A DNA stretch of 64,000 nt from an uncultured bacterium. GTDB taxonomy: Bacteria; UBP7; UBA6624. Shown piece after piece: positions 19,830 through 29,336 of the stretch. Each line of letters starts with the position of its first letter. Within the stretch, counting starts at the first letter, position 1. Location of the stretch: NCBI GenBank assembly GCA_964012435.1, contig CAXGSM010000001.1, forward strand, positions 95,414-159,413, written 5' to 3'. Position numbers and translations under genes: made by a program. The notes beneath the pieces are model-generated. The model did not search any database. It saw nothing but the letters and a program-made list of their open reading frames with translations, and had not been told where the DNA came from.

Positions 19830-22800
19830 ATGTCTTTCTCTCATTTACATTTGCACACAGAATACTCAGTTCTTGATGGTGTATGCTCCCCGAAAGAAAT
19901 TTTAACCTATGCAAAAGAATGCGGTCAAAAATCAATAGCAATTACTGATCATGGTGTGATGTATGGCGTGCCATCCTTTGTTAGGGAGGCTCGTAACTTG
20001 GGCCTGAAGCCTTTGATTGGATGTGAGGCTTATATTTATGATGATTTTGAATTTCATGACAGAGGTAGAGAAACCATAAAATCAAACCATATAACACTTT
20101 TGGCAATGAATAAAAAAGGTTATTCAAATCTTTCAAAACTTACAACAAAAGCTCATCTTGAAGGTTTTTATAGAAATCCTAGAATAAATCTTAGCTGGCT
20201 TGCAGAAAAGAATGAAGGGATAATAGTTCTTTCTGGCTGCATTCAAGGGATTCTGTCAAGAGCTATTATTGATGGAAATTTAACTCATGCTGAAAATCGT
20301 ATTGACTGGTTTAAGGATGTTTTTGGAGATAGGTTTTTCCTTGAGGTCATGAATCATGGAATCGAGGAAGAAGCTCTTATCGCTAAGCAGCTTATTGAGT
20401 ATGGTAAAAAGAAAAAAATTAAAGTTGTAGCGACGAATGATGTTCATTTTTTAAAAAAGGGCGATCATGTTGTCCAAGATCTTCTTTTGGCGATAAGAAG
20501 CAATCAATTGATTGATGATCCGACAAGGTTTAGGGCAAAGTGGTCCAATCTGCATCTTTCAACAGAATCTGAAATGTTAAAGCTCTTTAAAGGCAATGAA
20601 GAGTGTGTAGGAAATACAAACCTTGTGTCAGACATGATTGATGATTTTTCAGACATTTTCTCAAATGCAAAACCAATATTTCCTGTTGTTCAGGTTCCTC
20701 AAGCATATAAAAGTTCAAATGATTATTTGAGGCATCTTGCTGAAGAAGGTTTGAAAAAGAGGTATCAGGATAATATCGAAGAAGCAAAATTGCGGCTGGA
20801 GAAAGAAATGAATGTAATAGAGGAGCTTGGTTACCCTGATTATTTCTTGGCTGTAAGGGATTATGTTAAATATGCTAAAGATAATGATATTCCAGTTGGG
20901 CCCGGAAGAGGATCTGGTGCTGGATGTCTTGTTGCTTATTGCTTGGACATAACAACTATAGATCCTCTTAAGTATGGTTTGATCTTTGAAAGGTTTTTAA
21001 ACAAGGGAAGAAAATCTTTACCTGATATAGATATGGATTTTTGCACAATGGGAAGAGATGATGTTATTAGGTATATCAGAGAGAAAAATGGAACAAAAAA
21101 AGTATCTCAAATTATTACTTTCAACAGGCTAAAAGGAAAACTTGCTTTTAGAGATATAGCAAGGCTTTCAGGGATTCCAGAGCCCCGTTTTAGCTTGGTT
21201 GCAAAAGCTTTATCTGATGGAGAGAGCTTGCAGGAGGCTTCAGCGAACAACATTATTAAAGATATTGTTAACAGAGATCCTGAATGCGAAAATGCTTTGG
21301 AGAAAGCAACATTGATAGAAAATACTATCAGGAATAAAGGTGTGCATGCAGCAGGTTTGGTAATTTCGAATGAAAATCTTTCTGGACTGGTTCCTTTGGC
21401 TAGGGGAAAAAATGGAGAAGTTGTAAGCCAGTATGAAATGGGAGATCTTGAAAATATGGGCTTGGTCAAGATGGATATTTTAGGCATAAGAAATTTAACA
21501 TTTTTAAACGAGGCGCAGAAAAAAATTAAATCAAATGGGCATGAATGTAATATATATGACCTTAGTGATAAAGAATATGATAAAAAAACTTATCGATTGC
21601 TTGCAAAAGGGCATACGGATGGTGTTTTTCAGTTTGAGTCATCAACAGCTGTTGGCCTTTTGAAGAAGATTAAACCTAAGTCAATAGAGGATTTAGCTGT
21701 GATAAATGCTTTAAACAGGCCCGGTCCTCTCAATTCTGGCCTAGCTGACAGTTATGTAAAGAGAAAACTTGGCAAAGAAAAACCATTACCCCCCCATCCT
21801 GCTTTGGAAGAGGTTCTAAAAGAGACCTTGGGAGTTATGGTTTACCAGGAGCAGGTCATGAGGATAGCTCAAGAGCTTTCAGGTTATTCTTTAATTGAAG
21901 CAGATGACCTCAGAAAGGCTATGGGTAAAAAAATTGAATCATTAATGAAAACACAAAAGAAAAGATTTATTGATGGTGCAAAGAAAGTTGGAAAAATCAA
22001 CAGAGCAGAAGCTTCAAAGATATTTAGCCAGATAGAAGAGTTTGCACAGTATGGTTTTCCGAAATCACACTCCGTTGCATATTCAGTTATAGGTTTTCAA
22101 TGTGCTTTTTTAAAAGCTCATTTTCCATCTTTTTTTCATGCAGCTTGGCTTTCAAGCTATGCAGGTAATGCTGACAAGGTTGGAGATTGTGTTTCAAGGC
22201 TGATTAGCTGGGGGAAAAATGTTTTGCCACCTGATATAAACTCCAGTCAAGATTTGTTTAGTGTTAACAAAGAAAATCAAATAGTTTATGGGCTTGCAAG
22301 CATTAGGAATGTTGGAGAAACAGCTGCGAGAGACATAGTTTCAGAAAGGAAAAAATCTGGAAACTTCTTAGATCTACAAGACTTTGTTACCCGTTGCCAA
22401 AAAATAGTTAACACCAGAGCTTGCGAAACTTTAGCGGCAGCAGGAGCTTTTGATATGTTCGGTCTTGACAGAAGGCATTTACAAGCAGTTATAAAAAATG
22501 TTTATAAAGAGGTTGAGCGATTATCAAGATACAAGGGTCAAAGTTCTCTTTTTGGAGAAAAAGTATTAGTTAATATTCCTCCTGTTGCAGATATTGATAT
22601 GTCTGACATCCCATCCGTTTCTAAGCTTGAATTCAATGCTTTGGAATCATTTGTCACCACTTCTCCAATTTCAGAGAAACATCATGTCCTATTAGATATG
22701 GGCATTAAGAAATTAAGTAATTTAAAAACTGGATTAAAAGTTGACGTAATTGGTTATCTTTCTTCTTGCAAAATTAGAAAAACTTATGCTGGAAAAAGAT

Positions 22801-23225
22801 TCGCTGAGGGTGTGATTCAGGATAAGGGTTTTAGATTTCCTGTCTTTTTTTACGAAAGGTTTTTGGATCAGATTGATTCAAGCTATCTTGCTGATGGAGT
22901 TGTAGTTATAAGGGGTCGCAGCAGGAAAGGAAAGGATGGACAGGTAAATTTTTATGGAGAATATATTTGGCCTGAAGGTTTAGGTTACCATCCTGAAGAA
23001 AACCTAATCGAACGACCTTTGAAAGAAAGTGTGGTGTTAGATATGAATGGTTTGTTGAAAAAGGAAAATCTGAGCTCTTTACAGGACTTACTCAAAACTT
23101 TAAAGCCCGGTAATGTTGAAATTTATATAGATTTTGGTGATAAAAAATTCAGACTTAAAGACAAATATGATAAAAGTTGCAAAGAAATACTTTCAAGTTG
23201 GAAAGAAAAGCTAGAAAAAAAATAG
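19830..23225 (+). CDS. dnaE: DNA polymerase III subunit alpha
   Basis: PHP domain start MSFSHLHLHTEYSVLDG. 1131 aa from ATG 19830 (the ORF is open from 19803). Has polIII-alpha blocks PDIDMDF and GLVKMDILG. Confidence 0.95.
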   Translation: MSFSHLHLHTEYSVLDGVCSPKEILTYAKECGQKSIAITDHGVMYGVPSFVREARNLGLKPLIGCEAYIYDDFEFHDRGRETIKSNHITLLAMNKKGYSNLSKLTTKAHLEGFYRNPRINLSWLAEKNEGIIVLSGCIQGILSRAIIDGNLTHAENRIDWFKDVFGDRFFLEVMNHGIEEEALIAKQLIEYGKKKKIKVVATNDVHFLKKGDHVVQDLLLAIRSNQLIDDPTRFRAKWSNLHLSTESEMLKLFKGNEECVGNTNLVSDMIDDFSDIFSNAKPIFPVVQVPQAYKSSNDYLRHLAEEGLKKRYQDNIEEAKLRLEKEMNVIEELGYPDYFLAVRDYVKYAKDNDIPVGPGRGSGAGCLVAYCLDITTIDPLKYGLIFERFLNKGRKSLPDIDMDFCTMGRDDVIRYIREKNGTKKVSQIITFNRLKGKLAFRDIARLSGIPEPRFSLVAKALSDGESLQEASANNIIKDIVNRDPECENALEKATLIENTIRNKGVHAAGLVISNENLSGLVPLARGKNGEVVSQYEMGDLENMGLVKMDILGIRNLTFLNEAQKKIKSNGHECNIYDLSDKEYDKKTYRLLAKGHTDGVFQFESSTAVGLLKKIKPKSIEDLAVINALNRPGPLNSGLADSYVKRKLGKEKPLPPHPALEEVLKETLGVMVYQEQVMRIAQELSGYSLIEADDLRKAMGKKIESLMKTQKKRFIDGAKKVGKINRAEASKIFSQIEEFAQYGFPKSHSVAYSVIGFQCAFLKAHFPSFFHAAWLSSYAGNADKVGDCVSRLISWGKNVLPPDINSSQDLFSVNKENQIVYGLASIRNVGETAARDIVSERKKSGNFLDLQDFVTRCQKIVNTRACETLAAAGAFDMFGLDRRHLQAVIKNVYKEVERLSRYKGQSSLFGEKVLVNIPPVADIDMSDIPSVSKLEFNALESFVTTSPISEKHHVLLDMGIKKLSNLKTGLKVDVIGYLSSCKIRKTYAGKRFAEGVIQDKGFRFPVFFYERFLDQIDSSYLADGVVVIRGRSRKGKDGQVNFYGEYIWPEGLGYHPEENLIERPLKESVVLDMNGLLKKENLSSLQDLLKTLKPGNVEIYIDFGDKKFRLKDKYDKSCKEILSSWKEKLEKK

Positions 23226-23236
23226 AATCGTTCTTT

Positions 23237-24076
23237 ATGGAAAATCAAAAAAACAAAAACCTTCCTGACCTCATGAGTCAAAAAGACTCAAGAAAAGTGC
23301 CTATAAGTAAAGTTGGAATATCTAATTTAAAAGTTCCTTTAAGAGTTGGCAAGGCCAGTGGTTTAATTTGTGAAACTGTTGGTGTATTTGATATGTCTGT
23401 TGGTCTAGAGGCATCAGAAAGAGGCACACACATGAGCAGGTTTTCAATTTTGTTAAATGATTTTGTTTCAAGCAATGAATGCTTGGATTCCAAATCAATG
23501 GAATCTCTAACAAGGAAAATGAAAGATTACCTTGATAGTAAAAGTTCTTATATAAATGTTGAATTTAGTTATTTCAAAAAAATAGAAGCTCCAGTAACCT
23601 CCCTTGCAGGGATTGCCCCTTTTACAGCTGGATACAAAAGTTCAATTGATGAAAAGGGTAGCTTCTCGCTGAAGACATATGTGTCTGTCACGGGTCAAAC
23701 ATGCTGTCCTTGCTCTAAGGAGATTTCTGACTATGACGAAGAGACAAAGAAAGGCAGAGGCGCACATTCTCAACATGGCCATGTTTTTATAGAGGTTGAA
23801 AATGCACAAAGCCAGGATGTTTCAATAGATGCTTTGATTGATGTTGCTCAATCATCCTTGTCTGCCCCTTCGTATCCGATATTAAAAAGACAAGATGAAA
23901 GGGTTGCGACAATTTCAGCTTACGAAAACCCATGTTTTGTTGAAGATGTTATAAGGGGTTGCGCTATACGATTAAGAGAATTTCAAGGTATAGACAACTT
24001 TTATTTAGAGGTTGTCAATGATGAAGTTATTCATTTTCACAAAGCAAAAGCTTCACTTTATGAATCTTTAACTTGA
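23237..24076 (+). CDS. folE2: GTP cyclohydrolase IB (FolE2/MptA family)
   Basis: 279 aa from ATG 23237. Carries the ERGTHMSRF and CCPCSKEIS...GAHSQ blocks characteristic of FolE2. The ORF extends upstream into the dnaE 3' end. Confidence 0.85.
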   Translation: MENQKNKNLPDLMSQKDSRKVPISKVGISNLKVPLRVGKASGLICETVGVFDMSVGLEASERGTHMSRFSILLNDFVSSNECLDSKSMESLTRKMKDYLDSKSSYINVEFSYFKKIEAPVTSLAGIAPFTAGYKSSIDEKGSFSLKTYVSVTGQTCCPCSKEISDYDEETKKGRGAHSQHGHVFIEVENAQSQDVSIDALIDVAQSSLSAPSYPILKRQDERVATISAYENPCFVEDVIRGCAIRLREFQGIDNFYLEVVNDEVIHFHKAKASLYESLT

Positions 24077-24643
24077 TTCATTTATTCTTTTTGCCTTAAG
24101 GTATTCATGAGGTTTGTTCATTTCGTAATTAATCCAATCATCTTGAACTTTCAAAACAGTTTTTTTTTGCTGCCCCACCCAATCTCTAAGAGGAGTATTT
24201 GAATTTATTTTTTTTAAACTATTTATCAGGTTTGAACCTACAAGAATAGGATGTCCCCCTTTGTTGTTTGAACTCGGACAAACAATAGAATCGTGATCAT
24301 AATTGTTTATTATTTTCTTAATTGTTTCGGTATTAACCAATGGATAATCAACAGGCCAGATAAGACACCCATTTCCTCTTTCCATCAAGGATAGCCCTTT
24401 TTTTATAGACAATGACCTTAGATTATTTTTTTCATTTGTTGCAATTTTTTCCAAACCAGTTGCTTGCTTTATCTTTAACTTGTTTCTTCCGGCAACAGCA
24501 ATTATGTTCACTATCTTAGACTCACTAGTTTTTTTTAAAATTAGATTGATTGCTTTTTCCCCATTGAAGTCAAGAAAAGTTTTATCTTCACCCATTCTGG
24601 TTGAAATTCCGGCACAAAGTATTATTGCGGATATTTTTATCAC
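24068..24643 (-). CDS. MobA-like nucleotidyltransferase (molybdenum cofactor cytidylyltransferase MocA-like)
   Basis: 191 aa. N-terminal ILCAGISTRMGEDKTFL (the LxGGxxxRMG-type motif). It is the last gene of the Mo-hydroxylase operon. Confidence 0.7.
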   Translation of the reverse strand: MIKISAIILCAGISTRMGEDKTFLDFNGEKAINLILKKTSESKIVNIIAVAGRNKLKIKQATGLEKIATNEKNNLRSLSIKKGLSLMERGNGCLIWPVDYPLVNTETIKKIINNYDHDSIVCPSSNNKGGHPILVGSNLINSLKKINSNTPLRDWVGQQKKTVLKVQDDWINYEMNKPHEYLKAKRINESS

Positions 24644-25617
24644 TATGAATTAGTTAATCTTTTTAAAAGTCTTCTGCATAGCACTCCAACCATTTTTTTC
24701 CTATAACTTACAGGCATGGTTAGATTGTTGTATGGTTGAGCTTTTTTTTGAATCTTTTCAGAAATTTCTTCAATAATTGAATTTGAAATTTTTTCACCCA
24801 CGAATGCATTTGTTGTATCTTTATTTATTATTGGATAGGTTCCTATCGCGCCTAAAACAATATTCATATCTTCAATTTTTTTATCTTTATTAATCTTAAG
24901 TGCTGCAGCAACCGAAACTAATGGGTAATCAAATGTGTCTCTAACTCTGATTTTTTCATATCCTGTTTTTAAGTCCATAGTTCTTTTTGGTATTTTGATC
25001 CTTGTGATTATCTCAGATTCATCCTTGAAGTTTCTTTTGATTCCATCATGGGTGTAAAAATCACCAGATTTAACTATGCGCTTACCGCTTTTTCCTTCTA
25101 GTTCATATTTTGCATCAACCGCAACAAGCATTGGTGCAGAATCACTTGAGAAAGTCGCAACACAGTATTCTTTTTGAGGAATGACCCTGCATTCGTCTGC
25201 TTCTGCTTTCAGGCATGAACCCAAAGAGGTTCTCCAAAAGGGTGTTTGGTTATAGAAATAACATCTATTGTCTATAAGCACATTTCCACCAATCGTTGCA
25301 GTTTTTCTGACAAGAATGCTGCCAACCTGACTGCAAGCTTCAATCAAGCCAGGAAAATTGCTTTGTAAGATTTTGCTTTTTGATATCTCATCAAGAGTCA
25401 CCATCGCTCCAATATTAAAATCCTTAATAGAAGTGGTTTCTTTAATGTTTTTAAGGCTGATTAAATGAGGTTTAACATTGAGTCGATTTTTGTAATTTTG
25501 AAGCAAGTCTGTTCCTCCAGAAACATAATCAAAACCTTCATTTTTAACCTTCTGACTTATTTCTATCGCCTCTTTGATAGAGTTTGGATTATGAAGTTCA
25601 AAAGGTGGTAATATCAT
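24643..25617 (-). CDS. molybdenum hydroxylase FAD-binding (medium) subunit with four-Cys insertion
   Basis: 324 aa. CoxM/XdhB-type FAD domain (GGTDLL, ATIGGN). Carries an inserted segment C119-x15-C135-x7-C143-x8-C152. Confidence 0.85.
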   Translation of the reverse strand: MILPPFELHNPNSIKEAIEISQKVKNEGFDYVSGGTDLLQNYKNRLNVKPHLISLKNIKETTSIKDFNIGAMVTLDEISKSKILQSNFPGLIEACSQVGSILVRKTATIGGNVLIDNRCYFYNQTPFWRTSLGSCLKAEADECRVIPQKEYCVATFSSDSAPMLVAVDAKYELEGKSGKRIVKSGDFYTHDGIKRNFKDESEIITRIKIPKRTMDLKTGYEKIRVRDTFDYPLVSVAAALKINKDKKIEDMNIVLGAIGTYPIINKDTTNAFVGEKISNSIIEEISEKIQKKAQPYNNLTMPVSYRKKMVGVLCRRLLKRLTNS

Positions 25618-27968
25618 TTCTTTTTAGCAATTGCTGAGATTATTTTTTCAGGTGTCATTGGAAGATTGCGAAGCCTTATCCCGACCGCATCATAAATTGC
25701 ATTGGCTACAGCAGGCAATATCGGCAATATTGGACCTTCACCAGCTTCTTTTGCTCCAAATGGACCTTCAGGATCTGCTGATTCAACCATGAAAACATCA
25801 ACATCAGGCATCATTGTTGGAGGTATGCACCTATAGTCAAGCAGGTTTGGATTTTCTATCCTTCCTGTGTTTCTGTTATAGTCAAAAGACTCCATTAAAG
25901 CCTGTCCAAGTCCCATGTGAATACAACCTTCAATTTGACCTTCAACAGCGAGTGGATTTAATGCTTTTCCGCAATCATGAGCAGCCCACACCTTTTCAAC
26001 TTTGACTAGTCCAGTTTCTGGATCGACCTCTAGCTGACAAACATAAGCCCCCATTGAATATGAAGGAGAAAGCCCCGCTGCAGCGCCTTTATGAGAACCT
26101 CCCATTGGAGCTCCTTTTTTAGATTCTTTGCCTCTTAATTCATTAACCCTGGGTAAACCAGGATTGAGATTTGGAGCTTGGTAATGGCCTTTTCCATGTA
26201 GTGCCCCAGAGTCATGCAAAGCTTCTCTGACTGCTTCGTTAAAGCTAATCGATGATTTTGTCTTTGGTTCTATTATTTGGTCATTTTGAAGTTTAAGATT
26301 CTCGACTGGAGAAGACATTATCCTCGAAGCTGCATTAAGTATTTGTTTTTTTATTTCTTCAGCTGCTCTTTTTGCAGCAAGTCCAGCCATGAATGTTACT
26401 CTTGATGAATATGAGCCAAGATCTATTGGGGCAGTATCTGTATTTTTTGAGTATATTCTTATTCTCGACATGTCACATTTAAGAATTTCTCCTACACATT
26501 GAGCCAATACCGTGTCGGAGCCTTGTCCAATTTCTGCAGCCAAAGAATGAACAGTCACACCTCCATCAAAATCAATTTTTACATGTACGGTTGATTGAGG
26601 CATCCTTTCCCAATTAATAGGAAGAGCGCTGCCTGAAATATAAAACCCACAACCTATGCCAATCCCTTTCCCATAAGGCATTTTTTTGAATTTTTTATCC
26701 CAGTTTGAAGCAGTTTTTACTTTTTCTATGCATTCTTTTATGCCGCAAGAAGTTATACGGAAACCGTTTGCGGTTATTGAATTTGGCTCATAGGCATTTT
26801 GAATCCTCAAGTCGCAAGGGTCAAAACCAATATCTTCAGCAATTTCATCTATTAGAGTTTCTACTGCAAATCTTGAGTTCACCGCGCCATGACCTCTCAT
26901 CGCGCCTGATGCAGGTTTATTTGTGTAAACTCTATTTCCGCTGTAGTTGAAATTTTTTATTTTGTATGGGCCCAAACTTAATACTCCATTGTAATAAGTT
27001 GTAATAACACCAAAGCTTCCCCAAGCTCCACCGTCAATTAAAGCATCAATTTCAAGAGATGTAAACTCCCCATCCTTTGTTGCTGACATTTGCATTTCTG
27101 TTTTTGTTGGATGCCTGCCATGATTGCTTATAAAAACTTCATCTCTGTCAAATAATATTTTTACAGGTTTTCCTGTTTTTTTAGAAAGTATTGCTGCTGC
27201 CATTTCGTGAGGAAAAGGATCACTCTTCCCGCCAAATCCACCTCCAACATAAGGCCTTATTACTTTTATGCGATGCATTGGCATTTCCATAACTTCAGAA
27301 AGAGCTCTGTGAAGATAATGCGGAACTTGAGTTGAGCTCCACATCGTCAGTTTTTTGTCTGATCCATAACTTGCTATCACACCCATTGGCTCTGTAAAAG
27401 CATGTGTGACACCATTGAATGAAAACTTGCCATTTTTTATCACTGCAGATTTTTTTAAAGCTTTTTCTACATCTCCAAAGCTCTGGTTGACTGTTTTAAA
27501 TATATTACCTTCGTATTTTGACCAGGGTTGTATTTTTTGATCAGGATGACTTATTGGAGCTAGTGATTTTTCAGGCTTAAGTATCGGAGGAAGCTCTTCA
27601 TATTCAACTTTTATTAGGTCGAGAGCTTTAATTGCTGTTTCTTCATCTGTTGCTGCTACAGCTGCAATTTGATCTCCTATAAATGTAACTTTATCAATTG
27701 CAAAAGCAGTTTCATCTTTTGTTATAGGCAGCACTCCAAATCTGTTTTCAGAATCTTTTGCAGTTGCTACTGCAAAAACTCCTTTCAGTTTTTTTGCTTG
27801 AGAATAGTCAATTTTTTTTATCTTGGCATGAGCAAAAGGGCTTCTCAGTATTTTGCCTATAAGCATAACCTTACCCGGCAAAACAATATCATCAATATAA
27901 ACAGCTCTTCCGGTCACCTTCTGAGCCCCATCAACTAAAGGGATTTTTTTGCCAATTGTATGGCTCAT
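25614..27968 (-). CDS. molybdenum hydroxylase molybdopterin-binding (large) subunit
   Basis: 784 aa. Aldehyde oxidase/xanthine dehydrogenase a/b-hammerhead plus Moco domains (PYVGGGFGGKSD, GAMRGHG). Confidence 0.9.
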   Translation of the reverse strand: MSHTIGKKIPLVDGAQKVTGRAVYIDDIVLPGKVMLIGKILRSPFAHAKIKKIDYSQAKKLKGVFAVATAKDSENRFGVLPITKDETAFAIDKVTFIGDQIAAVAATDEETAIKALDLIKVEYEELPPILKPEKSLAPISHPDQKIQPWSKYEGNIFKTVNQSFGDVEKALKKSAVIKNGKFSFNGVTHAFTEPMGVIASYGSDKKLTMWSSTQVPHYLHRALSEVMEMPMHRIKVIRPYVGGGFGGKSDPFPHEMAAAILSKKTGKPVKILFDRDEVFISNHGRHPTKTEMQMSATKDGEFTSLEIDALIDGGAWGSFGVITTYYNGVLSLGPYKIKNFNYSGNRVYTNKPASGAMRGHGAVNSRFAVETLIDEIAEDIGFDPCDLRIQNAYEPNSITANGFRITSCGIKECIEKVKTASNWDKKFKKMPYGKGIGIGCGFYISGSALPINWERMPQSTVHVKIDFDGGVTVHSLAAEIGQGSDTVLAQCVGEILKCDMSRIRIYSKNTDTAPIDLGSYSSRVTFMAGLAAKRAAEEIKKQILNAASRIMSSPVENLKLQNDQIIEPKTKSSISFNEAVREALHDSGALHGKGHYQAPNLNPGLPRVNELRGKESKKGAPMGGSHKGAAAGLSPSYSMGAYVCQLEVDPETGLVKVEKVWAAHDCGKALNPLAVEGQIEGCIHMGLGQALMESFDYNRNTGRIENPNLLDYRCIPPTMMPDVDVFMVESADPEGPFGAKEAGEGPILPILPAVANAIYDAVGIRLRNLPMTPEKIISAIAKKK

Positions 27969-28480
27969 TTTGATTGCTTTCCTCTTATTTTTTCCGAAGC
28001 CTTTTTTATGGAATCAACAATTTTTATATATCCAGTACATCTACACATATTACCAGAGATAGCCTCTTTAATTTCTTCTTTTGTTGGATTCTTGTTTTCA
28101 TTGAGCAAGGCAAAACTTGTCATTATGAAACCAGGTGTACAAAATCCACATTGGCTTCCTCCCTCCGTATGAAAGCATTCTTGGACAGGGTGCATATTCT
28201 CGTTTTCTTGAAGGGATTCAATCGTTTTAATTTTTTTATCTTGAACCTGCATGGCTAGTGTCAAGCATGACAGCACAGGTTTATCATCTATCAGGACCGT
28301 ACAGCATCCACATGTACCCATATCACATCCCCTTTTTGTGCCTGTTAGGTTTAGCTTGTATCTGATTACATCTAAAAGTAGATCGTTAGGTTTTATTGCT
28401 AATTCAACAATTTCATTGTTTATGTTGAATTCGACAATTTTCTTGCCGATTTTCTTGTTTGGAAATGGAATTAATGTCAT
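27965..28480 (-). CDS. molybdenum hydroxylase [2Fe-2S] (small) subunit
   Basis: 171 aa. Plant-type cluster motif GCDMGTCGCCTV and second cluster motifs QCGFCTPG...CRCTGY. No twin-arginine signal. Confidence 0.9.
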   Translation of the reverse strand: MTLIPFPNKKIGKKIVEFNINNEIVELAIKPNDLLLDVIRYKLNLTGTKRGCDMGTCGCCTVLIDDKPVLSCLTLAMQVQDKKIKTIESLQENENMHPVQECFHTEGGSQCGFCTPGFIMTSFALLNENKNPTKEEIKEAISGNMCRCTGYIKIVDSIKKASEKIRGKQSK

Positions 28481-28514
28481 AAGTAAGTGCTATATGTCAT
28501 AAGTAAGTGCTATA
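28475..28514. repeat. perfect 20-bp tandem direct repeat (2 copies) spanning the small-subunit start codon
   Basis: TGTCATAAGTAAGTGCTATA occurs at 28475-28494 and again at 28495-28514, followed by a partial third copy, GTGCTA. Confidence 0.9.
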
Positions 28515-28550
28515 GTGCTATTATAAATTTTATTATCACTGTTGACAAAT

Positions 28551-29336
28551 ATGAATAATTTTAACTTTAGAAAAAAGGTTGTTTGCTTGTTAGAGAAAGG
28601 TAAAACCTTTGCTATTGCAAAATTAATCTTAGTAAATGGGCATGCTCCTCAAAAGCCCGGTACAGCGATGATTGTTCACAAAGATAAAAGTATTGATTTC
28701 ACCATTGGTGGAGGCCCTTTTGAAGCCGAAGTTATATCTGATGCAGTTGATTTGATTAATTCTGGTAAAAGGATTATTCAAAAAACCTATAAATTAAATA
28801 TTAAAGATTTAGGAATGTATTGTTCTGGCGAAGCTGTTGTTTTAATTGAATCAGTGGAGCCACCGCCAAAATTATTTATATTTGGAGCAGGTCATGTTGG
28901 TTCAAAGTTGGCAAAAATTGCTTCCAATCTAGATATCTTCAATATTTTTTTGATTGATGACAGGAAAGCTTTTTTAGATAAGCAGGATTTTTGTGATTGG
29001 GAGAGTGTTAATCTTGTTCATACGGATTCAAGATGGATAAAAGATATACCTAAAATTGAACTGAGTTCATTTTTGGTGATTTTAACTAGATGTCATGCAA
29101 CCGATAAGATTCTTGTTAAGAATTACGCTGAAAAGAAAAAGTCTTATATTGGAATGCTTGGAAGTAAAAGCAAGGTAGTCAAGATGTGGAAAGAGCTCAA
29201 AAGTGAAGGTTTAGATCCAGAAGCGCTCGACAGGGTTCATGCACCTATTGGATTGAATATAGGTGGGAAAAACCCTTCTGAGATTTCAATTTCAATTTTG
29301 GCTGAAGTGCTAAAGGTCAAATCAAATTTACCTTAA
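28551..29336 (+). CDS. XdhC/CoxI family molybdenum hydroxylase maturation protein
   Basis: XdhC N-domain (AIAKLILVNGHAPQKPGTAMIV) plus a Rossmann-like C-domain (LFIFGAGHVGSKLAKIA). The ORF is open from TTG 28542. ATG 28551 is preferred. Confidence 0.8.
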   Translation: MNNFNFRKKVVCLLEKGKTFAIAKLILVNGHAPQKPGTAMIVHKDKSIDFTIGGGPFEAEVISDAVDLINSGKRIIQKTYKLNIKDLGMYCSGEAVVLIESVEPPPKLFIFGAGHVGSKLAKIASNLDIFNIFLIDDRKAFLDKQDFCDWESVNLVHTDSRWIKDIPKIELSSFLVILTRCHATDKILVKNYAEKKKSYIGMLGSKSKVVKMWKELKSEGLDPEALDRVHAPIGLNIGGKNPSEISISILAEVLKVKSNLP

